A stretch of 64,000 nt of DNA from Amoebidium appalachense (taxonomy: Eukaryota; Protista; Ichthyosporea): contig CAVNZM010000010.1 of the NCBI GenBank assembly GCA_963693365.1, positions 5,829,794 to 5,893,793 on the forward strand, written 5' to 3'. Below the pieces are notes generated by a model. That model was not told the origin of the DNA. It made no database searches and was given only the letters and a program-made list of their open reading frames with translations. Position numbers and translations under genes: made by a program. Positions 53,613 to 64,000 of this stretch are shown here, one piece after another. How positions within the stretch are numbered: the first letter of the stretch is position 1; each line of letters starts with the position of its first letter.

Positions 53613-54547
53613 TGTCGGTGAAGGCCTGAAAAAACCGTTGCGCCCAGTGGGTTGTCATTTTTCTCTGACGACTTCTTGGTAGACTAGAGCAAGGCCTCCT
53701 TCCTGCAAATGAAAATGGGCGAGCGATTGGGCAAACTGATGATCATGTATGTTCGCAGACAAGGGTCGACGGGTCGCTTTTCGGGCCAGCACTCCAGATG
53801 TTCGCATGGAAAAGTAGGGAAACCCAGTCCGAAGTGGGTTCTAAAACTTTAAGGTGAAATCATATATTTTAAAAAGTAAAATATCATGCTATCGTATGCA
53901 TTTATTACGGATATTATGTAATAAATATCATGCTATGTCTTTAGGGGGTAAACCTGCAAATCGTGAGAACTTTTCCCAGAAACTCGTATATCTTGTGAAG
54001 GGATGATTATTTTTAATAGCGGAAAAAACCTTTATAATACAATTTTAAGTCCTCTACTAGGAACTGGTACTTAAAACAACAAAGCGACAGCAGTTTAGTT
54101 CAGGCAGTTGATTTGTCGACCATACCTTCAAATCAATTAGAGAACCCTGTAGATCATGATAGGCTCTTGACTGTCGGATGATCGATCTATCACATGTCGC
54201 CGCAAAACAAAACAAGAGGTCCCGTCGAGTGCCCACACTATCTATTCTCCCACTTTCTCCTAGCTCTTTTTACGGTCACTAAAACTCCGGGGCTTCGAGG
54301 CCAAACATACACAAGGACAAGTAAAATGGCATTTGCCGACATTATTCTTGTGCCCCGGCTTGACACAAGCGACATGGTTGACATAGAGTACAAGGATGAT
54401 GCGCAGTTACTGAAAATCAAGCACTATCCTCACTTGGAAGTCCTGCTTACCATCTGGGAGGATACAGCACACATATACTACGCAAACGTCACAACTGCGG
54501 AATATGAAGCTGTTCTGCGTCAAAAGGAACTCTTTATTTTTAAACAA

Positions 54548-54991
54548 TCAGACGGCAGCCCCATAGTCGCTCATGGGCATCACATCATCCTCCGTGTCAC
54601 TCCCACTTCCTTCACCTTCTTCCCCTACATCTTCCCACATGCTCCTCCCCCTGTATCTCTCCTCCCACTCCTCCTTTGCGCTCTGTTCCCCTTCGCCCTC
54701 CTGTGCGTACTCGCTTTCGCTAACATCCTGCTCCGCATCATTGGTGGTGTTGTTCGGTTTCGCTGCGGCGCTTGTGTTCTCCAACCCCTTGTTCCGTGTC
54801 TTTAGGTGCCGCTTGCACAGTCGCACCCCTCCGTGTTCGTGGCTTGGCATGGCTTTGAGGCCACAAAGTTCCCCCGACTGCTTGTTTGCTTGGCAGGGAC
54901 CGATAACCAGTGCCACTAAGGCCTTTTGCTTCTTTCTTCCCTCCGCTGCCTTTGCCCGTTCCTCCTTCTTCTGCTTCTCCTCCGCCACAAC
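54548..54991 (-). pseudogene. 5'-truncated small C3H zinc-finger ORF with an acidic tail, cut by the Copia LTR
   Basis: CQANKQSGELC-x15-CKRH; coding-like composition ends exactly at the LTR start (54992). Confidence 0.5.
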
Positions 54992-55922
54992 TGTTGTAAT
55001 ACGTAGTATTTACATATGGTAAGATCTTCTCAGTTTGTGTTATGTTTCAGTTCATATGCTTAGTGTAAAAGCTACACTCCTATTACGTAAAGTGTAGCAT
55101 CGATCTCCGATATGCTTGTATACTTGTAATCGTCTTGTATCGGCTTTAATCGTGTGTTGTAATATCGATTAGAATATTTATATGTGTGTACACGGATCCA
55201 CCCACTCAGGGAGAGACGTGTACATGTTCGTGTGTACATAAATATCTCTGGTTATAGTTATGCTATTGCTATCTTGTTTGTTGATCTGTGCTCTCTTTTC
55301 CTTCCTCTTTCTCCTTCCTTATTTTCTTTTCTTTCTCTCTTTGTCTTCATGTGTATAATCGTATTTCTTTTCTACTAATATATGTTAGGTAGATTTGTGT
55401 TACTTAATACGTGTTCATTGGACGGTAACACACTTAGGCTACACTTAGAATAGCATGTGTGTTTAGACTTCATTAATTTACTTTAGTTTTCATGTGTTGC
55501 CGGGCTTTAACCAATCATCAAGGTTAAGTGTGATATGTCTGAGTCTTTGCAGTATGTCATAGGTTCAACTTAGAACTTCCTTGATGATGACACAAGTTGA
55601 CCTTAACTAGTGTCTGTGTCCTATCGTGTGCGTCTCCGCGTACCGGATCTCTCTGAAAGCAATTGGTTCTTAGTGATTGGTTTCTATTAGAGATAGATCT
55701 GATTTCCGACTGGTCGGAAATCATGTATGGATTGGACTTAGAGGAATTTCAGGTATTTATTCGAAGATCAGAATAAATTCAGTTCAGTCGTGTCTAAACA
55801 TTGATGTCTGTTGTGTACACTGCTCCGATCGTTTCGTGTTTTGTTGTTGTGTGTGTCTGTGGTGTTTTCACACTGCACCACTGTGTCTCTGCTTACATCC
55901 CAAATACTTATAAAATTTAACA
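54992..55922 (+). repeat. Copia 5' LTR (putative, 931 bp)
   Basis: TGTT/AACA inverted termini, AT-rich, immediately followed by the primer-binding site. The partner LTR is outside the window. Confidence 0.75.
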
Positions 55923-55984
55923 GGTTATGCAGCCCTTTTGCACGCTCCCTACACACATCTAGAACTAGCGCTCGTTTTTCAATC

Positions 55985-58430
55985 ATGGATCCAAACAAAA
56001 CTGGCGTAAACAAAATAACCATGTGGAAAGGTGAAGGGAAGACTGGTCCCGATAGCAAAACCACCTATTTTCAATGGGAAATCATTTTTCTCGGCATGAT
56101 GACCGGCACTAAAGGTGTCCGACTCGTGGATGTTGTACTTGCTGACAACTACGTCCCCCCTACCACCGTCGCGGTTGACGGTGAACCCCCCTTCTACGGC
56201 TACGGCACTACCGCGGAACTCAAGGAGGCCCGCAATTGCCTCCTGCTCCATATGATTCAGAACATCGACCCTTCCGTCCTCACCACCGTTGCCCAGTACC
56301 GTATTGGCATGGACCCTGAACGGGCCATGTGGAAATTCCGTCAACACTACCTCCAAGGCAAACCCGATCAGATCCGCATCCTTCACCGTCAGTGGGATGC
56401 CTGTGCCCTTCAGCCCGGTGAATCATTCACCACCTACCTGAGTCGTCTGCAGACCATCGTGAACCAGCTCCAGTCCCTCCAAGATGAGTCCATTCACTTC
56501 ACTCGTCTAGCTGAGAAGTTCTTCAATGAACTCACCACCAGAGACGACCTCACCCCTGAGTTCAACCGTCTTATCGAAGACTATCACTTCGGTGATAAGC
56601 TATTCCCCGACTTCGAGTCCCTCCACAACCACGTCAAGGGCATCGAGTTACGTCAAGACCTCAAGATGCAACTCCGGAGCAACCGTGCCCACCGTGCCTC
56701 CAAGTCCAGCATGGCATTAAATGCCAGTGCTCCCCCCCGTGATCTTCCTCGCCGTGACTTACGCAACCGACTTGACCGTACCCCTGGCACGGACCTCCGA
56801 ACTCGTCTCTCCCGTCAGCACACCCGATCCCGTTCCCCCCACCGGCCTGCCTTCCGGTCCACGTCTTGTTCCCCCAGTCGTTCCCGTTTCTCGGGTTCCC
56901 GTCGTTCTGATTCCCCGGCTCGTTCTAACAACCCGTCCGTGAAAGCATGCTCCTACTGCCACGAGCCTGATCACACGATCATCGATTGCCCCGAGCCGAA
57001 ATGCCGTATGTCCAGACACAACCGTTCCCGTCAGGGCAGTGAGAAATCTGTCTCCTTTGCTTTCTCGGCATACAATGCTAGCTCCGTCCCCGTGTCCTCC
57101 GACCCTGCCTGGGATTCCGGGTGCAACATGACTGTCTGCCCCACCCGTGAGTTCTTCCATGACCTCACTCCCCTTCCGACACCGACTCCCGTTGCTGCCT
57201 TCAATGGCACCCCCGTCTTGGCCACCCACACCGGCCATATCGTCATCAACACCACCACCGAACATGGCACTGCCACCCTTACCATTGAAGCCTACTACAC
57301 CCTGTCTGGCCAAGCCTTCCTCATTTCAACATCCCAAGCTGCTGCCGAATACATCAAGGGTGATTTGAATGATGCCTCCACTCCGTCATTCCTCTTCGAC
57401 CGACTCACCGGCCGTCATCTCGTCAACCTCCGTCTACACAACGGTCTGTATTACTTCAAGGACTACACCATTCAACCACCCACTCGTCCTGTGGCTCTGG
57501 CTGCCACTACCAGTGTTAACCCATCCATCTGGCACCATCGTCTGGGGCACCGTGCTATGACCAGCATCAAGGACATGGTGAAACACGACCTTGTTATTGG
57601 TCTCCCCTCGTCTGTCCTCGACTGTGATGTTCCTGATTGTCATGGCTGCATTATGGGTAAAACCACCAAGGCTCCGTTCAAGGGTGACCGTCCTCACTCC
57701 AACATCCCCGGTCATGAATGGCATTGGGATTTTTTTGAGCCTACCACAACATCGTACGGAGGTTCCAAGGTTGCTCTCGTCACTGTCTGCCGTGCCTCTG
57801 GACTCGTCAAGATCTACCCGATGGCCGACCGTACAACCACCCTGGACACTCTCACAGCTCACACCAACCTCGTTGCTACCCATGCCCCCTCCAAAGTTGG
57901 TGTCTACCACTTCGACTCCGGCTCTGAGTTCACCTCCAAGGCTACCCGTGCTTTTTGCCTCTCCCAGGGCATCAAGGCCAGCTATGCTCCGGTGGACTGC
58001 CCTCAACTGAACGGCTATGTTGAACGTCGTATGCGGTTCCTCCAAGAGATTGTTCGTTGCCTCCTCCATCAAGTCCAAGATCAGTCTCTGTCCCCCAAAC
58101 TGTGGGCTGAGGCCCTCCAACATGCCGCCTACATCATCAACGTCACCCCGTCCACGACTGCCAATGGTCGTACACCATTCGAGGTTTTCTACGGTGTCAA
58201 GCCCGACATCTCCGAGCTCAAAGTGTTCGGTTGCCCTGCCTACACTCATGTGCCAGCCTCTAAACGGAACAAGCTGGCCCCCACCGTCAAACTCGGCATG
58301 TACATCGGCTATGATCTTCAATCACACTGCCACCGGATCTTCAACCCCACCACCCACCGTGTCGGCCTCTTCCGTGATGTGATTTTCGACGAATCAGCTT
58401 ATCTCCCGTCCGACATTCCATCAACACTTC
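55985..58430 (+). CDS. Copia gag-protease-integrase, 5' part of the polyprotein
   Basis: Gag: ESFTTYLSRL, CSYCHEPDHTIIDC. PR: WDSGCN. GAG-pre-integrase: WHHRLGH..CHGC..GK. IN: FDSGSEF, NGYVERR, LWAEA, LKVFGC, FRDVIFDE. Confidence 0.93.
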
Positions 58431-61400
58431 TACACTTTCCACCTACCCCCACAGACACAGCACCACACACCGGCACAAACACCCCCGTGTGTGACGTCTG
58501 TAGCTTTCGCCGACGACACAACATGGTTTGGCCCCAACAAGGAGAGCATCCAGCAAACTCTCGATTTATCTGCCCCCTTTTTTTATTACCATGACTTGGA
58601 ACCACACCCAGACAAGTTTTCAGTCCTCGCCCGTGGTACCCCAACACGGGCAACAGTGGCCCCCATGCAGTACCGCAAATCCCCGGGAGCACCACCCCTA
58701 CCCATTCAGATCGAGCTCCCCGATGCAAACATCAGAGTGCTAGGGGTCAACATCACCCTCCAACGACACACCCGGCCCAACGATGGGAAGGCCATGCAGC
58801 TGACATTACGGGCCACCACCATACTAGCCCGTAAAATGCTGGCACCCAGCCAAGTGATCTACGTAGCCAACAGTGTGGTGGCCCCGGCCATCCTCTTCCT
58901 CCTCAAAGGGTCAGTCATCAGCAACACCACCATGCAGGCAATCGACAGCAAGTGGAGAGACCTACTCCGTCGGAAGTGTGGTTTCCACCGGAGCACCCCG
59001 TCCGGGCTGCTACACCATCCCACTCTAGGGGGACTGGCCAGCATCGTCGAATCAGCAGCCAGCACCATGGTTACGGAGCTGTGTGCCCTGCTGGAAACAC
59101 CAGGACCAGCAGGGGACGTGGTCCGGTACCGAGCCTGGCAGCAGCAACACGTGACAGGCCTACCCTACCCACCCCTGCAAGCACCCCCAGCCAAACTTTA
59201 CAGGCTAGGGGGAAAGCAGCTCCACAACTATTGGGCCCATATCACGGGGATCCTTCACGAGCGGCACCTGAGTATTGGGGAAACCCCTCCCCAAAAAACA
59301 CAAGCACCCCCACCCCACCCCCCCCCTCCCCCCAAGGAGAAGGAGGGGAAGCAGCAACAACAACCAGCACCCCTATCAACACCGTTTTCCCGGACCACAC
59401 CTTTGCGGCCCACATCGGCCCCCACACACACCCCCGTCAACTCTACACGGTGGAGGACACCATGGTACGGCCGGGGGTGTTCCGGGCGTTCCCCGAACTG
59501 CCCCACCCCCCAGACCTACTACACCCGGGACCTACACAGTGGTACAGGTCCATCATCAAGGGGGCCATCCCCATCGCAGACAAACTACGGCCAGCACCCA
59601 GACCACACACCCACCACACCATTGACCTCGTGCCAAACCACCCCGTCGGTGCATTCGTGGTGGAAATAGTCAAGAACGGGCAATACGAACTCAGCCAGGT
59701 GGTGGCCCACACCACCCACAACGGGGAGGCTTGGGTCAAAATAGCCCATCTACGGGACAACACAGAGGAGGAGGGGCTGAGATGGCACCGACCCACGTGG
59801 AACGACCCACATGGAACAGCCCATTTCCGCTTTTGCCCTGGTGACTGCAAATACGGCCACTCCCCATGGAACCTAGCCTACACCCCGGCCACCCTCTCCC
59901 CCAACCCCGGGTACGCAGACGGAGAGGGGGAAGGGTTAGACACGGAGCCAGAATCGGAGTCGACGGGGCCCAGCGACGACTCCGACGACTCAGAGGACTC
60001 TAACACCGACAGCACCAACAGCAAATACAAGCCCCCTGAGCCCCCAGCCGATAATCACACCCACAACAAGCAGTGTGTGGGGTGGACCCGTGCTGTGGAG
60101 GTGATACGGGCAGACCCCTACGTGGCCTTCAAGACCCGAATCACCACCCACATGGTAGTCCCGAAGTACCACAAGGACTTCATCAACACCGACAGTATCG
60201 ACATCTACCAAGTCATCGCACTGAAGGATGGCTCCGATCCGGCCGAGCAGTGGAGGAAGATACACCATTTCCGGCGGCATCTTCCCCCCCACCAACAGGC
60301 ATCACCCCAGATGCTCCACCTGCAAGCCAACGAGGAAGCCACACCCTTACCGGGGGACCTCCCCGGCCCACCCCCCCCCCCCAGCAGCCACCACCGGTAG
60401 GGTCACCACCAGGACACAAGTGCACGGCCCACCCGGCTGACCTGCCGAGCCCACCCACTCCCCGTAGGCTCACCTACACCGACTTGGTGCCCCAGGCCAC
60501 CTATGACGAGTGGCAGCAGCAAATCACCCTGATCCCCCCAGACCAACCGATCACCGTTTATACGGACGGCAGCCTCATCCACCCGGGCAGGAGGATAGCC
60601 CAGGCCGGAGCCGGGGCGGCACTGGACACCCCGGACCGGAAAGCACCTCCAGTGACGGCCAAGACCAGGCTCCATACGGCCCTATCATCCACCCAAGCCG
60701 AACTCACAGGGGTACTACTAGCCCTCCTGCTCACCCCCACCACCACCCCCATCCACATCAAGCTCGATAACCTCGGAGTAGTCGACCGATGGACGGCAAA
60801 TATAGACCCCACCACACCCCCTCGACGCAAGCTAAAGTTCCCCCACATAGTGGAATGGGCTCACGTACGAGACCAACTCTCTCTCCGGCAACCAGGCTCT
60901 GTACAGGTATCGTGGGTGAAGGGGCACCAATCCAACACCAAACGGTACGGTCAACGGAATAACGAGGCAGACAAGGCAGCCAATGCAGGAAGAGTCCTCC
61001 CCCTCCCCCCCCCCCCCCCCTACCTCCGGCCCCGGGGGGGGGGGGGAAATACTTCCTACGACTACAAGGCCACCGTATCCCCGGCAACATTCCCGGTACA
61101 CTGAACCGGTTGAACAAGGACTTCCTCACCGACATGGCCGGCAAGACCAAGGCTATGTCCATACTAGCCGACCCCAGACTGCTCCCAGCCGAACGGAACC
61201 CCCTCAAGCTCAACAAGGGGCCCACACAGGCAACCATCGGGGCAGTCAGAGGAAACACTCGTAGCCTGTCCCTGGCCATGGGCACCCTGCCTACCATGGC
61301 ACGGCTACACCGAGATCACCCCACCGTCGTTACACAGCCCACATGCCCCCGGTGCAGCCAGCACCCTGAGACCACCACCCACCTCTGGGCCTGCCCGGCC

Positions 61401-62355
61401 CATGCCGGGGAAGTCCCCACCCTGACCACCGCCATCACAGCCTGCATCCACAACGTCCTGCACACTCGTCATCCAAACACCCCCACGGCACAGCACCACC
61501 ATATGGCAGCCACGGTGGTAGACCAATGTGCATGGATAAACTGGATAGGAGGCAACGGTGACCCACCTGACCCCGAAGACACCAAGTGGGTCGAACGGGG
61601 ATTCTGCCCACGATCGGTGGGCCCACTACTTGCAGCCACCGGCACCACCAAGACCACCACCCGGGCCATCTTAGGAAAAATCACAGTAGAGTTGCAATCC
61701 TTTTTCTTTGCAAAAATTTGGCACCCACGGAACACAACACTCCCCCCCACCCACCCTAAAATGCAAAAACACCACCATATACCCACCACCCGTAGAAAGA
61801 AAAGTATGGCTCTCCAAAAACCCAAAAAACCAACAAATACACCCCCCACACACACCCGGCGGCCGGCCTGTTCTGAATGCCGGAACACCCACAGACCCGG
61901 TGTGCCCTGTAAAACCCACCTTTTAGTCCACAAAAACATCGCCACAACATACGTACACCAACACATAATGTTAGGCAGCAACCCCCCACCACCACCACCA
62001 CCACACCCCATCATCCACCCATACCCACCGTAAATATTATACACAACACCTAGGACTTCCCAATACTGTAGATCGACCAATGACTCCGAGCCCTCGGTTA
62101 ACGTTTATTGCTAGGTTTTTGAATGGAGGGGAGGACTGGAGCCTCCTGCCGGCGTGGCTGGGGTAGTAGCCCTGGGCAAAGTGTGTACTTATAGTTAGGT
62201 TGTGAAGGATGGTTTAGCTTAGCTGAACTCATAGATAGCACCTTAACTAGTGTACTGTCGGTGCTGTGTGGTAGACGGTAGTTTCCCTAGAGGGCCTGAA
62301 AAGGCCTCCGGGAACAAAACGTGATAAAATAAAAAAAAAAAAAAAAAAAAAAAAA
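58431..62355 (+). mobile_element. 5'-truncated non-LTR retrotransposon (RT C-terminal part, RNase H, zinc finger, poly-A)
   Basis: 16-bp TSD ATTCCATCAACACTTC at 58415-58430 and 62356-62371; poly-A at 62331-62355. RT: AFADDT, RVLGV, GGL. RNase H: VYTDGS, AEL, DN, WVKGH, NNEAD. Zn finger: CPRC..ETTTHLWAC. Stop at 62033. Frameshifts fall at C/G runs. Confidence 0.93.
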
Positions 62356-62371
62356 ATTCCATCAACACTTC

Positions 62372-64000
62372 CGACCCCCGACACCACTGCTACCTCGACC
62401 ACCCCACCCCCCACAGTTGACACTGAAGATGATGTTTGTCTGGTGTACTCTGGCCCCCCTCCTGCCATCGTCGTTCCCCCGACACCCCCCCCCCACCGGC
62501 CCATCAGTGCCCGTCCAGCCTGCCGACCCTCATCCTGCCCCTGGCAACGTCACACCCATCCGACCCGGCTCCCCCGACAACTTCCACTCGGCCCCGTCCA
62601 GCCCGGAGGTTGCCCCCCCTGCACTTCCGAACTTCCAAGTCCCCCCCCCCCCCCGTCTCCACCTCCCCCGGTTCCTGCACCCCGTCGTTCTGCCCGTCTA
62701 CAGGGCAAGGTTGGACTTCAAGCCACCACCACCCTGCCAGTCCCCCCCGGTCCCCCCATCAACATCGACCAACTACCCAAACTTGTCCGTCAACTGTGTT
62801 CCGGACCCAATGGTGACCAGGTCAAGTCAGCCCTCACTGCTGAGTATCAAGCCTTCGTCGACAAAGACATCTTTGAACTTGTTGACCCTCCCCCTGGTGC
62901 TAACATCGTCGGCTTCAAGTGGATTGTCTCCGAGAAAACTCTCAACTCGGCTGGTGACACCAAGATCAAGGCCCGTGGTGTTGCTCAAGGCTTCAGTCAG
63001 CAATACGGTGTTGACTATGAGTTGATTGAGAGCCCTGTCATCCGTCCGGCTGCTCTCCGTGCTATCCTAGCTCTGACCGTTGTTGAAGGTCATGACATCC
63101 ATCAACTCGACGTGTCTACGGCCTTTCTCAACAGCCCACTCACCGAGACCATCTACATGAAACAACCCCCGGGATTCATCACCATGGCCACACTTGGCAA
63201 GGTCTGGAGACTCAAGAAAGCCCTGTACGGCCTCAAGCAAGCCTCCAAGGCTTGGTACGACTTCCTCGACGGCATTCTTCTTGCCCATGGCCTGACCCGT
63301 ACTAAGACCGACCCGTGCATCTACCTCCGGTTCTTCCCCAACAACGATGTGGTTCGGGCTGGTAACTACGTCGACGACTCCACCATCACCAACACCCGGG
63401 GTTCTACTGCTGCCAGTGACCTGGCTGCCCACATCAGCAAGATGGCCAGCTGTCGTATGAGTCCATTTGACCGTATGCTCGGTGTTGATTTTAATCACTC
63501 TGATCCCCATCACCTCCACATGCACCAGAGGTCTTACATCATGGATATCATCCACGACTTCAACCTCACCGATGCCAAGTCCAAGTCTACCCCCATCCCT
63601 GCAGGCACCACCGTCTCCCTGGCTGACTGCCCCCCCCAACTGTTCACCGTGCCCTACCGTGAGTTACTCGGCCGTCTCCTCTGGGTGGCACGGTGCACAC
63701 GTCCCGACATTGCCTATGCCATCGGCTTCCTTGGTCGGTTCAGCACCAACCCCGGCAAGACTCACTGGGACCTTCTCCGTCGTGTGGCCCGGTACCTGCT
63801 CGGCACCATTGACCTTGGCATTGACTACAAGTACTCGGCCACCCAGGCCCCCATACTCGAATGCTACACGGATGCTGACTTTGCTGGTTGTGCTGACAGC
63901 AAGAAGTCTACCACCGGCTACATCATCGAGTTTGCTGGTATGCCCATCATCTGGTACTCCAAGCTCCAGCCCATCACGGCCACCAGCACCACTGAAGCTG
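62372..64000 (+). CDS. Copia RT and RNase H, 3' part of the polyprotein
   Basis: KW..KARGVAQGFSQQYGVDY, HQLDVSTAFLN, IYMKQPPGF, LKKALYGLKQAS, YVDD, TRPDIAYA, YTDADFAG..STTGY, WYSKLQ..ATSTTEA. Confidence 0.93.

Larger units (their letters stand above)
54992..64000 (+). mobile_element. Ty1/Copia LTR retrotransposon, extending past the window end and interrupted by a LINE
   Basis: Putative 5' LTR TGTTG...TAACA (54992-55922), primer site GGTTATGCAGCCC, and domain order gag-PR-IN-RT-RH. Confidence 0.93.

Noticed and set aside
56759-63639. Long minus-strand ORFs over the Copia and LINE coding regions
   Set aside because: Antisense shadows of C-ending codon bias with no recognisable motifs.

Overview
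Eukaryotic nuclear DNA with GT-AG introns full of poly-G/poly-C and (CA)n/(GT)n runs. The taxon cannot be fixed from the sequence; a unicellular opisthokont is plausible but is only a guess. Most short ORFs in the supplied track are low-complexity artefacts. The first ~31 kb holds four spliced host genes reconstructed by hand: a glutaredoxin-like protein (-), a DHHC palmitoyltransferase (-), an Angel/CCR4-family EEP phosphatase (+) and a UPF0014/FetB/STAR2-like permease (-). It also holds a LINE fragment and an unusual 397-bp MITE built from palindromic repeats. At 31.9-35.2 kb there is a probable Polinton/adintovirus-like remnant: an (AG)n end, CRE and CCAAT boxes, and an intron-poor ORF resembling the terminal-protein/vOTU N-terminus of a protein-primed PolB. 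It abuts orphan 3' exons of a PMU1-like histidine phosphatase. From 39.9 kb onward is a nested retrotransposon cluster. A full-length chromodomain Gypsy (TSD AACTT) has its 3' LTR split by a split-direct-repeat tyrosine-recombinase (Ngaro/PAT-type) retrotransposon, which inserted without a TSD at a site resembling its own end. A Copia with a half-tRNA-type primer site is interrupted by a 5'-truncated RNase H-bearing LINE with a 16-bp TSD. No database searches were run; all family calls are from motif recognition.
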